A stretch of 48,966 nt of DNA from a virus, in the IMG/VR virus record IMGVR_UViG_3300013947_000058, positions 1-48,966 of that record; one strand, written 5' to 3'. Both the position numbers and the translations under genes were made by a program. Shown here piece after piece: positions 1 to 9,572 of the stretch. How positions within the stretch are numbered: position 1 is the stretch's first letter; each line of letters begins with the position of its first letter. The notes beneath the pieces were generated by a model. It saw only the letters and a list, made by a program, of their open reading frames with translations. It made no database searches and had not been told where the DNA came from.

Positions 1-99
1 AATGTTTTCACACTCAAAATAGTCCTCCATATCACTGCTGAATTGCGCTTTCAATTCATTGAACTGTGATTGCACTTGCTTAAATTTTGATTGTTTTTC
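1..99. repeat. Terminal direct repeat, exact copy of 48868-48966 (circular-closure overlap)
   Basis: The first 99 nt (aatgttttcacactc...gattgtttttc) are identical to the last 99 nt of the window. Identity ends exactly at the window edge. Confidence 0.95.
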
Positions 100-174
100 A
101 AAGAACTTACGAACAGATTGTCTACACTCAATTGAACTAAGTTTAGCTTCTCTGTTCCTCTTTGCCAATCTCAT
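1..174 (-). CDS. 5' portion of a junction-spanning hypothetical gene (continues at 48478-48867 after circular closure)
   Basis: ATG at 174-172 has AAAGGA 7 nt upstream. The frame stays open to base 1 and is in phase with ORF 48478..48942 once the 99-nt overlap is collapsed (564 nt in total). The track start at 48942 is a GTG without an RBS. Confidence 0.5.
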   Translation of the reverse strand, partial: MRLAKRNREAKLSSIECRQSVRKFFEKQSKFKQVQSQFNELKAQFSSDMEDYFECENI

Positions 175-652
175 CAACCCATCCTTTCAAAAGTTTATAA
201 ACTCCACGAGGCCAACGCTTACCAGTACGTACCCATATAATATCATTATATGATACAATATACTCAGCACCATAATCTGTTTCAAGCTTAAGCTTACGAT
301 TCTTTGTAGACTTACGCGTTACCTTTGCGGATTTTACTTTACCATTTGAAAGACGGAATGCAACAAGAGTTCCGACTTCAATGTTTTCGATATAAGGCAT
401 TTTTTGCTTCATATCAATGCCGGCGGATTCTTTCTCAACTTTATCTTCCGCCTCTACAATTTCTTTGTGATTGTCAATCTTACATTCGTCTTTAGCACTT
501 TTAGATTCATTAGTCGTCTTTACAGCTTCCGCTCCTAAGATTGCATCAATCAGCTGTCCTTTAGTCATGTCCCATCTACCAGAGATGCTCATACTCTTTG
601 CAAGCTCTCTGAGCTCTTTGCAAGTTTTATTCTGCAGATTTTCTTTAGACAT
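143..652 (-). CDS. Hypothetical protein with SAP/Rho_N-like N-terminal motif
   Basis: AAGGAGG RBS before the ATG. N-terminus NKTCKELRELAKSMSISGRWDMTKGQLIDAIL resembles SAP/Rho_N helix-extended-helix. C-terminus is basic and beta-rich. Own promoter P1. Confidence 0.55.
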   Translation of the reverse strand: MSKENLQNKTCKELRELAKSMSISGRWDMTKGQLIDAILGAEAVKTTNESKSAKDECKIDNHKEIVEAEDKVEKESAGIDMKQKMPYIENIEVGTLVAFRLSNGKVKSAKVTRKSTKNRKLKLETDYGAEYIVSYNDIIWVRTGKRWPRGVYKLLKGWVDEIGKEEQRS

Positions 653-771
653 ACCTATGTCCTCCTTTAATGTAATAATTTAGTAGCTTACGCCACCAAC
701 CGGATTATACCGGTTTCGTCTTAATTTTCAAAGACTCATCAGGGCAGCTTATAATTTTAATTTACGATTTT

Positions 772-800
772 ATTATACCATGTAGGGTGTAGCTTGTACA
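772..800 (-). promoter_or_regulatory. Promoter P1 (TGTACA -35, 17-nt spacer, TGGTATAAT extended -10)
   Basis: Minus strand reads gggTGTACAagctacaccctacaTGGTATAATaaa. One of a 9-member conserved cassette. The -35 sits in the inverted repeat GGGTGTA/TACACCC. Confidence 0.75.
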
Positions 801-811
801 CCCTTTATTTA

Positions 812-1192
812 TTAAATTTTCCATGCTCGATATACACACTTTTCTGAGCAATCCCATGTATCATAAATTATACCATCAACACATGCAGTTAAATGACCTG
901 CCATTTGAAGAACATAACTTCCTTTTGGATATGCTTGACAAAATCTTTCACCATTCATTCGTTTCTGACCTTTAATCGCTGGAAAACTCATCTTTGTTCC
1001 ACCACATACATTCTCGATATAACTCAACCAGTTATAATCAGAATTAAATGTCTTTGCTCCTGTGATTTTCTTGTGTCGATTAAGCCCAAGCGAAACATCA
1101 TGATAATCCATACCTGTTGCTTTAGCAATTGCTCGCTTAACACAATCATTAACTATTTTTCCTTGTGGATGCAAATTTAAAAACTCATACAT
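812..1192 (-). CDS. Hypothetical protein in a stand-alone cassette behind P2; possible Cys/His/Asp hydrolase-like residues
   Basis: TAGGAGG RBS. 126 aa with NDCVKRA...AGHLTACVDG...YDTWD spacing. No family recognised by eye. Confidence 0.45.
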   Translation of the reverse strand: MYEFLNLHPQGKIVNDCVKRAIAKATGMDYHDVSLGLNRHKKITGAKTFNSDYNWLSYIENVCGGTKMSFPAIKGQKRMNGERFCQAYPKGSYVLQMAGHLTACVDGIIYDTWDCSEKCVYRAWKI

Positions 1193-1253
1193 AATTTATT
1201 TGTTCCTCCTAAACACTTATCATTTTGCAGGCCTTATCTTTAACCTTGATTAT

Positions 1254-1282
1254 ATTATACCACATTGTCTTGAATTTGTACA
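1254..1282 (-). promoter_or_regulatory. Promoter P2 (TGTACA -35, 17 nt, TGGTATAAT)
   Basis: Minus strand reads aaaaacttttcaaaaaagtaTGTACAaattcaagacaatgTGGTATAATataat, with an A-tract UP-like element upstream. Confidence 0.8.
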
Positions 1283-1403
1283 TACTTTTTTGAAAAGTTT
1301 TTAATAAAGTTTCAGGGCAGCCAGAATCAGCTTCTGACCACCCCTACGCTTATCAATCAAAAATTCAATTACATACCAATGATTGCTGCTATAGCATAGC
1401 TTA

Positions 1404-1736
1404 TCATTTTTCAATCAAAAATTTCTCCAGTTCGTCTCTTTGCTCTTTAAGCTTTTCAATCCCATTGCCTGTAATTTCGTGATTTAACAAAACAAGTAAT
1501 GCTTTACAAATCTCTTTATTTGCACATTCATTCTGTCGATTCTGTCTTTCAACTTCTTTAAATCTATTCCAGTCTCTTTCTAAAAATTCTTCGCTTTTAT
1601 CGACTCTTTCTTTTAGCTTTCGAATTGGACTAAATAATTTAATTATTGCTGAAACGCCTCCGGCTATTACTGAAACTCCTCCAAAGATTGAAAGCGCAAC
1701 AGAAATAAAACTTCCGAATTCTTTTATTCCAAACAT
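1404..1736 (-). CDS. Small membrane protein (one N-terminal TM helix plus coiled coil); possible lysis accessory
   Basis: AAGGAG RBS before ATG at 1736. Hydrophobic FGSFISVALSIFGGVSVIAGGVSAII is followed by a charged helical tail. Confidence 0.45.
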   Translation of the reverse strand: MFGIKEFGSFISVALSIFGGVSVIAGGVSAIIKLFSPIRKLKERVDKSEEFLERDWNRFKEVERQNRQNECANKEICKALLVLLNHEITGNGIEKLKEQRDELEKFLIEK

Positions 1737-1748
1737 CAATTTATCTCC

Positions 1749-3326
1749 TTAATCTAAACCTCTAATCCAACTTGCACTTTGAGAACCAGAAGAATAAGGA
1801 GAACTCAAAGAGAATCTTCTTATCAAAACTTTATATTCGGATTCATCTATCGGATTTTCTGGAATATTGTCGACATATATGACGGCCTGTTGATATTTTA
1901 AATCTCTTTTAATCTCAAAAGTAAGATGAAGATTACCGAATAGACTTGGTACTTTTTCTACGCTACCTGTTCTGCTTCTTAAAGAAATCACTCCGACGTC
2001 ATACAAACTTGCAGAAGCTGTTCCTTTGAATAACTCAGAAACTCTTGGAAGATTTCTAAAAAGTAAAATTTCAAAATCATAATCAAGAAATAATCTCTCA
2101 GTATCATCAATAAAAGGAAAAGAGAAAGTTTTTCCTTGACCCGGTGGATTTAATCCTTCAAAAGGAATTCCTTCTAAAGACATCAAACTCATTGCATACA
2201 TATATTCTAATTGATTTTCTTGTGCTTCTTTTATCTTACTCCAAGTAGCTGCATCAACCATACAATCAGGTCCACCGTATTGAGTTCCTGGAACCAAATA
2301 TTGAGAATTTCTATTTAGCGTTCCATTTGACCTATCATATTCAAATGGATTTGTATCATCAAAAATAGATCTCACATCTATTGAAGAAATAGAGCTTAGG
2401 CCCTTTCCGTTCTTTCCTTTAGCTAAAATCTTTCCGGCTTCAAAATTCAAGGAACTTATGAATTTAACAGAAGAAGTATCAATTGAGCCATCTGATTTAT
2501 GACCGATAGACGGAATGAAGTCTTCTTGATTCACTGTGACCTCACTCGTAGGAATATTCATCTTCTTGTCAATTTGATTTTGAAGATTCGTAGCAACGTC
2601 TCCATCTAATAATCCTCTAATCTCTTCAATTAACCCGTTTACTTCTGTAGTAGCAGTATTTTTTAGTGTGTCTAAATCACCTTGAAATACTGTAAGATTT
2701 GAATCTGCTGAACTTTTTTTAGAATTCAAATAAGTCGTAAAAGTCTCATAATCTTCACCAACCATTGAGATATAATCTTCTAACCAATTATTCAGTTGAG
2801 TATAAAATTCAGTTGTATCTATTTGGTCAATTACTCCTGTTACAAATCCACAAACTGAATTATCTCCTCTTTTGTCTACAATATTTGATTGAGAAATTGA
2901 TATACTTCCCGCACTTACTTTTACATAAGCCAAAACTAACTCATAAATATCACCATCTCTAATAGGAGCTGGGTCATTAATATTTAAACCTCCTGGCTTT
3001 ACAAAACAAGTAATCGCTCTACTTGTACCCCAATAGCGCAATACAACTGAATCTATTCTGTAACCAGTCGCAGGCGCTGTAGATAAACTAAGAGACAAGT
3101 CACTATCATTTTCATACCAATAGCCATTAATCCAGGCTTGACCTGACCTTACTTTTAAAGTCATTCCTGAATCTGCTAAAACTTGTAAACCATTCAATTT
3201 TTTAGCAAAAACTCCATTGCCAACAAAAGACGCAAAATAATTCGCAAAATTTTCAGCAAGATATACTCTGTCATAAGACCCATCTTCTAAAACTTTTGCG
3301 TTAAAAAAACCACTTTGCTGTGACAT
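1749..3326 (-). CDS. Tail fibre / baseplate upper (BppU-like) receptor-binding protein
   Basis: N-terminus GFFNA...DRVYLAENFANYFASFVGNGVF is typical of BppU-type fibre N-domains. Last large gene of the tail module. Confidence 0.55.
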   Translation of the reverse strand: MSQQSGFFNAKVLEDGSYDRVYLAENFANYFASFVGNGVFAKKLNGLQVLADSGMTLKVRSGQAWINGYWYENDSDLSLSLSTAPATGYRIDSVVLRYWGTSRAITCFVKPGGLNINDPAPIRDGDIYELVLAYVKVSAGSISISQSNIVDKRGDNSVCGFVTGVIDQIDTTEFYTQLNNWLEDYISMVGEDYETFTTYLNSKKSSADSNLTVFQGDLDTLKNTATTEVNGLIEEIRGLLDGDVATNLQNQIDKKMNIPTSEVTVNQEDFIPSIGHKSDGSIDTSSVKFISSLNFEAGKILAKGKNGKGLSSISSIDVRSIFDDTNPFEYDRSNGTLNRNSQYLVPGTQYGGPDCMVDAATWSKIKEAQENQLEYMYAMSLMSLEGIPFEGLNPPGQGKTFSFPFIDDTERLFLDYDFEILLFRNLPRVSELFKGTASASLYDVGVISLRSRTGSVEKVPSLFGNLHLTFEIKRDLKYQQAVIYVDNIPENPIDESEYKVLIRRFSLSSPYSSGSQSASWIRGLD

Positions 3327-3342
3327 TCTTAACCCTCCTTTA

Positions 3343-4515
3343 TTAAGAAATTACTCTTTTTATCTTTTGAATTAAACTTGGATAACCATATCCGAAAGTA
3401 AATATCTTCTTGTGTTCATCTGAATAATCATCTTCAACCGCCGTAATTCTTGCATCAATAGTTATTCCCAAAGCTGTATCAACAAAAGTCACTATATCTC
3501 CAAGAAAGTAATCTTTATCAAATTCAAACTGTGCTCCATACATTCTCAAGTCACATTCAAAATTTTCTATAACAGCATTTTCTGATAGCTTTTCTTCTCC
3601 TCTATGAATCAGAGTGCCTAAATATTCCAAAGTCGATAGAGTTTTTTCATTACCATCATCATCAGTATATGTACTTTGCAAATCTCTTGCATCAATAAAC
3701 ATTTCATCTCTCAGTAAACCGGTAGGCTTTACTTTTTCGCCTTTTTCATCTGTTATTGAATCTTCAACATTAACATAAGTTCTTAAGCTTCCTTCTCCCT
3801 CACCTGCTACTTTAGCTACATTCTTATAGCCAGTAGAATTCATCTCATAAGAACTTGTTAAAATATCATCAGTATCATCTGAAAACACAATAGCATCGAC
3901 GTCATTCTGATTGATAGTTCTATTTTTGCCTTTGTAAACTCTAAAAATTAAGCTCTCTAAATCTGGAACAAACTGTATCTCAAAACCCATACCTGCCTCT
4001 TGAACCAAGTCACTAATCGCTTCATAAACAGTTCCTCCAGTTTTTTGATATGAGTCTTTCTTACTCTCTCCACTTGAAATATACGGACTTATCGTCATTC
4101 TTGGAATCTTTCTTTTTTCTTCGAAAGGACTTACACAATTTTGATTAACCAGGTTTTCAATAATCTTTGAAACTTCCAAATTGTTTGCTTGATATACATT
4201 CCAAACGATTCTTTTTTCTAAAAGACATTCCAAAGTTCTTCCTTTTATCTCGAAAACCTTTGAACCATCATCTTTTACAGAAGAATTAATAATCTCAATT
4301 ATTGCTGCGGTATTATCTCCTACTCTCCACAATACTCTTCCTTTTTTAAAAAATTCTTTATTCTCATCAGTAATTGGAGCAGTCAATTTAATTTGCGAAT
4401 AACCTGAATAATTCTTAGGCCACATTAGAGATTCAAGTTGATTTATTTCTCCTATATTTTCAAACTTTTCATTCGTCATTTCATATACTGCAATTCTCAA
4501 ATTTTCTATTTGCAT
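3343..4515 (-). CDS. Tail-associated (Tal / gp27-like) baseplate hub protein
   Basis: Position directly after Dit. GGAGG RBS 8 nt before ATG 4515, overlapping the Dit stop. Size and N-terminal pattern match siphovirus minor structural proteins. Confidence 0.5.
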   Translation of the reverse strand: MQIENLRIAVYEMTNEKFENIGEINQLESLMWPKNYSGYSQIKLTAPITDENKEFFKKGRVLWRVGDNTAAIIEIINSSVKDDGSKVFEIKGRTLECLLEKRIVWNVYQANNLEVSKIIENLVNQNCVSPFEEKRKIPRMTISPYISSGESKKDSYQKTGGTVYEAISDLVQEAGMGFEIQFVPDLESLIFRVYKGKNRTINQNDVDAIVFSDDTDDILTSSYEMNSTGYKNVAKVAGEGEGSLRTYVNVEDSITDEKGEKVKPTGLLRDEMFIDARDLQSTYTDDDGNEKTLSTLEYLGTLIHRGEEKLSENAVIENFECDLRMYGAQFEFDKDYFLGDIVTFVDTALGITIDARITAVEDDYSDEHKKIFTFGYGYPSLIQKIKRVIS

Positions 4516-5411
4516 TCTTGAACCTCCAACCATTTATCTTGATGGTAGATATAAATATCTAAATTATCAACATTGCTTGAAGCACCATAACTAAAAATGT
4601 TTTGACCTACTTCAAGTTGCAACCAAGAACTTCCTATATCCTTATATTTAAAATAATTTTCCGGAGTTGCATCTTTTTTAGTTGAGATTATCTTCTTTTC
4701 TCCCATCATTGTATTTATAACAATCTCTTGACCTGCCTCCATGATGGTATTAATCTTCATAAATTCTCTCGTTTTAGCATTAGCAATATAAGGATTTGAA
4801 AGCGTTCCATTTGCTTTAAATACCAATCTAAAGCCTGTAGAAACTGAACCATCATTATTTACCGTTATCAACGATTCTCTTGACCTTTCACCAAAGATTA
4901 TTCCCCCTGGCGGATTTGGTATCTCTGAAATATTTAGAGGAAAATGAAATTTTGGACGATATAAAGCGATTTCTTCCTTCTTTTCCTCAATGCTTCTAAA
5001 CAATGGATTCGAACAAACTCCTGAAATTTGAAATTTGCACATCACTTCATTATTCTCTCTTGAAGTAGATGAATAACCTATTGTTTCACTCAGCATAAAA
5101 TCTAACTCATAGTCTTTATAGTAACACCTAAAAGAATTCTGAGGATTCATTAACTTATTGAGATACTCTTTTCTTGAGTCCATTTCCCCTTCGCTTGAAG
5201 CAATAATCCATCCAATTATTCTTATATCTCGTGTGCCTAAATAAGTTCCTGAAACATAAACACCTATCTGATTAATAAACTTATAAGAATAATGAGTTGC
5301 TTGAATTGTTCCCCAATCTACCGATTCCAAAATGTAGAAGGGAGTAGTCAACATACTAAGAGATAACTTTTCATTCTTATCCAAATTTTCAACAATAATA
5401 TCTTCTACCAT
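4506..5411 (-). CDS. Distal tail protein (Dit)
   Basis: Immediately downstream of the tape measure. GGAG RBS before ATG 5411. About 300 aa, the usual Dit size and position. Confidence 0.6.
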   Translation of the reverse strand: MVEDIIVENLDKNEKLSLSMLTTPFYILESVDWGTIQATHYSYKFINQIGVYVSGTYLGTRDIRIIGWIIASSEGEMDSRKEYLNKLMNPQNSFRCYYKDYELDFMLSETIGYSSTSRENNEVMCKFQISGVCSNPLFRSIEEKKEEIALYRPKFHFPLNISEIPNPPGGIIFGERSRESLITVNNDGSVSTGFRLVFKANGTLSNPYIANAKTREFMKINTIMEAGQEIVINTMMGEKKIISTKKDATPENYFKYKDIGSSWLQLEVGQNIFSYGASSNVDNLDIYIYHQDKWLEVQECK

Positions 5412-5427
5412 ATCAACCACTCCTTCT

Positions 5428-8247
5428 TTAGAATCCTTCAATTATATCTTTTTCAGTTTTTCTTACAAGTCTTGCAGCTTCAATTGCATTAATAGGCTCA
5501 GGACTATTGAAGATAAAAGTATTGCCATTGCTTTGAGTAGGTTCAGATTTATTCTCAAAACCTCCAACGCTGCTTGGCTCTCTCTTAAATCCATTATATC
5601 CTATATAACCTAAATTCGTATCCAATAAAGAACCATTTGAAACTGAAAACAATGAATAAATCATACCTTGTATTGACTTATTTACTCTCTGCTCTACCGA
5701 TTCAAACCACAATGCTAACTCTTCATATTTACTTTTTAAAGAGTCAACCATTAAATCAGTAGTTGCATCAGTCTCTATATTTTTTGTTCCTAATTTATTG
5801 AGATTCTTATTAAGCGCGCTTTGCATTTTAGATATTGCTGCAGGCATTGATTTAATAAAACCATTCGCAATACCTGGCGGCATAAATTTACCAACCTCTT
5901 TCTCCATTACCGTAGAAGGAGAATGAATTCCTAAAGCGTCCTTTAAACCATCAGTAATACCACTTGCAAAACTCTTAAACTTATCAATTAACCACTGCTT
6001 TGCGTTCTTGATACCATTCCAAATTCCTTCTACAATATTCTTGCCTATTGATTTCATTTTTTCTGGTATCTCTTTTAAACCGTTAGTTAATTTTTCTTTA
6101 AACTCTTGAGCTGCCATTTTGGCTCTCAAGGGAAAATTAACGATGAAATAAGCCATCTTGATTAATACTTTATCAAGCCAACCCTTAACCTTTCCTGGTA
6201 ATTCTGACAACCACTTTTTAATATTTTCTACAAAATTCGTTACCGCTGTCTTTGCTTTTTCTGGAAATTCTTTAGCCCAAATTATAGCCTTACCAATTAC
6301 TTGGCCAAGCCAATATCCTATCTTATATGGCAATTCACTAAAGAAAGTCAACATTTCATTCCACTTTTCTTCAAACCAATCTTTTACATTTTGCCACAAT
6401 TCAGTCCACTTGGTACTAATCTCTTTTTTAGTTGTACCAAATATAGAGAGAATCGTAGTAATCACATTGCTAAATGTATTCTTAATGTAATTCCAAACAG
6501 CGCTAAATATCTCTTTAACGCCTTTCCAAGCTTGGTCCCAATTACCAGTAAAAATACCAATAAATACGTCGAAGATTCCGGTTAATACATCAAACACTGT
6601 TTTGAGAGTCACTTTTATCTGATTGAAAGCTCCTTCAAGTATTGGAGCAAGCAAACTGCAAAAACCGTCCCAAATTGCTTTTATAACTTCACCAAAATTC
6701 TCAAAATCAAAACCAAGAGCATTTAATCTATCGACTATGCCTTGAGCAAATAATTCAAAGTTTATTTTTATGCTGTTCCAAATTATGGTCATCTTATTTC
6801 TGAAATCTTCGTTCGTTTTCCACAAATGCACAAATGCAGCAATCAAGATACCAATAATAGCAACAACCGCTACGACTGGAGCAGAGATTCCTCCAATAGC
6901 TGTGCTAACTGTAGTAAATGCTCCTTTTATTTTCGTAATTGCTGCCGGAATCTTACCAAATGTAGTAATTATACTTCCAACACTTGACGTTAATTTTCCA
7001 AAAATAATAAGTACAGGACCAATTGCTGCTGCAATAGCGGCAAACATAAGAATTGCCTTTTGAGTTCCGGGGTCTAAATTTGTAAACTTATCAACTAAGT
7101 CAGTTAACCATTCAACAAACTTCTGTAAGTTTGGAATTACATAGTCAGAAAGTTTTATAGCCAAGCTTTCAAGTGAACCACCTAATTGCTCAACTTTAGA
7201 TTGTAAATTATCTTGCATAGTAGCTGCAGTTTTCTCTGCAACGCCACCAGCATTATCCATGCTCTCTGCAATCTTATTATATTCGTCTTCAGACAAATTT
7301 AATAACGCTAACAAACCTTTTTGTCCTTCTTGCCCAGCTAATATTGTTGCGTAATAAGCTTTTTGGTCGTCTGTCATACCTGAGAAAGAATCACGAAGAA
7401 CAGCTACAATATCATCTAATGATTTAAATGAGCCATCGGCATTTGTAATTTCAATGCCAAGTTTTTTCATCGTGCTTCTAACTTTTTCATTATCACCATT
7501 TAATCGTGACAAAACACCACTTAAAGCTGTACCAGCTTGTGAGCCCTTAATACCTGACGTAGACATGGCTGAAATAGCAGTCACTGCATCTTCTACACTT
7601 ATTCCCATTGCATTTGCAAGAGGAGCAACATACTTAAATGACTCACCTAAGTCACCGATTCCAATTGTACCGGCGTTAGCTGCTTGCGTAAGCAAATCAG
7701 CAACTTTTGTTGAATCAGATGCAGCTAAGCCAAAACCGGTAATTGTGTCAGCAACAATTGTTGATACAGTAGAAAGTTCTTCACCAGATGCTGCAGCTGC
7801 GGCAAGAACACCACCCATACCATCTATGATTTGTTTAGAATTCCAACCTGCTTTTGCCATTTCTGACATAGCATCGGCAACTTCATTTGCACTAAATGCT
7901 GTATCAGCACCAAGCTCAATTGCTTTATTTCTTAAAGCAGTAAAATCGTCTCCTGTAGCACCAGAAATTGCTTTGACTTCTGACATTCCCTTTTCAAAGT
8001 CAGTAGCAACTTTAAGCCCAGCAACACCAACGGCTGCAATAGGAGCTGTAACATTTTTGGTAAGAGTTGTTCCAACTGATGAAAGTCCCTTACCTACACT
8101 CTGGAAATTATTGCCAATCTTCGTTGCTATATTTTTGCTTGCTGTATCAGCTTCGCTTTGCGCTGACTTGAGCCCAGCTAAAAATCTTGATATATCAAGG
8201 TCAAGATAACCAACGGCAGAGCCAACATCAACTGCCACAACTCTCAC
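5428..8247 (-). CDS. Tail tape measure protein
   Basis: 939 aa. TP901-type core (AISGATGDDFTALRNKAIELGADTAFSANEVADAMSEMAKAGW), central hydrophobic segments and long helical repeats. Exact start uncertain (GTG 8247 or GTG 8238). Confidence 0.9.
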   Translation of the reverse strand: MRVVAVDVGSAVGYLDLDISRFLAGLKSAQSEADTASKNIATKIGNNFQSVGKGLSSVGTTLTKNVTAPIAAVGVAGLKVATDFEKGMSEVKAISGATGDDFTALRNKAIELGADTAFSANEVADAMSEMAKAGWNSKQIIDGMGGVLAAAAASGEELSTVSTIVADTITGFGLAASDSTKVADLLTQAANAGTIGIGDLGESFKYVAPLANAMGISVEDAVTAISAMSTSGIKGSQAGTALSGVLSRLNGDNEKVRSTMKKLGIEITNADGSFKSLDDIVAVLRDSFSGMTDDQKAYYATILAGQEGQKGLLALLNLSEDEYNKIAESMDNAGGVAEKTAATMQDNLQSKVEQLGGSLESLAIKLSDYVIPNLQKFVEWLTDLVDKFTNLDPGTQKAILMFAAIAAAIGPVLIIFGKLTSSVGSIITTFGKIPAAITKIKGAFTTVSTAIGGISAPVVAVVAIIGILIAAFVHLWKTNEDFRNKMTIIWNSIKINFELFAQGIVDRLNALGFDFENFGEVIKAIWDGFCSLLAPILEGAFNQIKVTLKTVFDVLTGIFDVFIGIFTGNWDQAWKGVKEIFSAVWNYIKNTFSNVITTILSIFGTTKKEISTKWTELWQNVKDWFEEKWNEMLTFFSELPYKIGYWLGQVIGKAIIWAKEFPEKAKTAVTNFVENIKKWLSELPGKVKGWLDKVLIKMAYFIVNFPLRAKMAAQEFKEKLTNGLKEIPEKMKSIGKNIVEGIWNGIKNAKQWLIDKFKSFASGITDGLKDALGIHSPSTVMEKEVGKFMPPGIANGFIKSMPAAISKMQSALNKNLNKLGTKNIETDATTDLMVDSLKSKYEELALWFESVEQRVNKSIQGMIYSLFSVSNGSLLDTNLGYIGYNGFKREPSSVGGFENKSEPTQSNGNTFIFNSPEPINAIEAARLVRKTEKDIIEGF

Positions 8248-8255
8248 CCCCTCAT

Positions 8256-8444
8256 TTATTTTGTGTAATGTTTATACAAGTCTTTAAATGACCTAAATTT
8301 CAACTTAAAAATTGGCTCTTCACCATCTTCCATTTTCTTTGTAATATAAGCACATGCTTCATCAAAGCAGAAAGACGTATAAGGGTCAATTATATCCAAC
8401 AAAGAGCTAGGGCGGCAATGATAAACATTTGCCAGCCCTAGCAC
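8256..8444 (-). CDS. Tail assembly chaperone, T-like segment (possibly expressed by frameshift from 8458..8940)
   Basis: Short ORF between chaperone and tape measure with no good RBS. RPSSLLDIIDPYTSFCFDEA resembles the C-extension of G/GT chaperones. Lies in the +1 frame relative to the upstream ORF. Confidence 0.4.
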   Translation of the reverse strand: MLGLANVYHCRPSSLLDIIDPYTSFCFDEACAYITKKMEDGEEPIFKLKFRSFKDLYKHYTK

Positions 8445-8457
8445 ATTTAAAATCTTT

Positions 8458-8940
8458 TTACTCTTTACGAAAGGATTCCAAAGCTTTCACTCCATTTTGA
8501 GTGTAATTAAAAATTGCCATAATTTGGTCATCAGATAATTCCATACCTGCATTCTGAATATCGTCATAAGTAGGCTGAATAAGAGAAGCTCTTGCAATTA
8601 CCTCACAAATGCCATATATATCAGAAAGCATATTCTCATTATCAGAGTCAAAGCTTCCTCCTCCTTTTGAAAACAACTCACCAGCTGCAGTCAAAAGCGT
8701 ATTTGGAATTTTTCCCTGCTTAGCTAAAACCAACATACTCGGTCTGCGAACACGAGCAACAAACGGTTGGCCTTCAGCAAAATCTGGGAATCGAACAACT
8801 GTACCAGCTGCATAGCTCTGCAAGTCTGTAAGCGTTGTGATATTCATAGGCTCATCACAATTTGCAGGCTTAACTTGCTGAGATGCATCATATCCTCCAC
8901 ACTGATTGTTGAATCTATCATTTCTATACATGTTTTCCAT
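8458..8940 (-). CDS. Tail assembly chaperone (G-like)
   Basis: Canonical position between major tail protein and tape measure. ATG 8940 with AAAGGAAA upstream. Confidence 0.55.
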   Translation of the reverse strand: MENMYRNDRFNNQCGGYDASQQVKPANCDEPMNITTLTDLQSYAAGTVVRFPDFAEGQPFVARVRRPSMLVLAKQGKIPNTLLTAAGELFSKGGGSFDSDNENMLSDIYGICEVIARASLIQPTYDDIQNAGMELSDDQIMAIFNYTQNGVKALESFRKE

Positions 8941-8980
8941 GATTCTCAATTTCCTTTCTTTTATTTATATTTATATTTAC

Positions 8981-9559
8981 TTATGCGTTCTGAAGAGTAG
9001 GTAACTCTGCAACATACGAAATAACGTAAGGTGCTTCGCCTGTTTTAGGAGCAGAATTAATCGTATACTCAGGTGCTCTAAATACACCATCTTCAGAACC
9101 AAATGCAACAGGCGTTCCCTGACAATTTGGATAGGTGATTTTCTCATATTGAACAATCTGGCCAGATGCATCATACTGAGCAGAATAAGCATTAAGTTTA
9201 AATACCTCGCCCTTATCTGCAGAACCTGCTACAGGCGGAGTATATCCAACAATTTTGCTTGTATCAACGGTATCATATTTAATTTCGCCGCCCTGAAGAA
9301 TAAGCACAAGCTCTGGGTTAAAAACATTATCGGTAAGAGTAATCTCATTACCTGTAATAGTAGACGTCTTCGGTTTCTGTGCACGTAAAATACCTTTTAC
9401 AACAAGTTTAATTGCATCTTCTTCTTCAATCTGTGGCTCAACTTCAATCTTGTTTGCTGTATCAAAACCAAACTCTCCATCTATAGTTTCGATTGTAACA
9501 AGACAGCAATCAATAGTTGCGATTTCTGCTTTTGACTTCTTTACATTATTATCAGCCAT
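8981..9559 (-). CDS. Major tail protein
   Basis: AAGGAGG RBS before ATG 9559 (MADNNVKK...). 192 aa, beta-rich. Position upstream of the chaperones. Confidence 0.6.
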   Translation of the reverse strand: MADNNVKKSKAEIATIDCCLVTIETIDGEFGFDTANKIEVEPQIEEEDAIKLVVKGILRAQKPKTSTITGNEITLTDNVFNPELVLILQGGEIKYDTVDTSKIVGYTPPVAGSADKGEVFKLNAYSAQYDASGQIVQYEKITYPNCQGTPVAFGSEDGVFRAPEYTINSAPKTGEAPYVISYVAELPTLQNA

Positions 9560-9572
9560 TGTAATTTCCTCC

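Noticed and set aside
1-99. The 99-bp terminal repeat as a genuine physical direct terminal repeat of the virion DNA.
   Set aside because: It is exact and ends precisely at the contig edges. It cuts through a coding frame that is only complete after circularisation. Its length matches a typical assembler k-mer overlap. Only read-end analysis could show otherwise.
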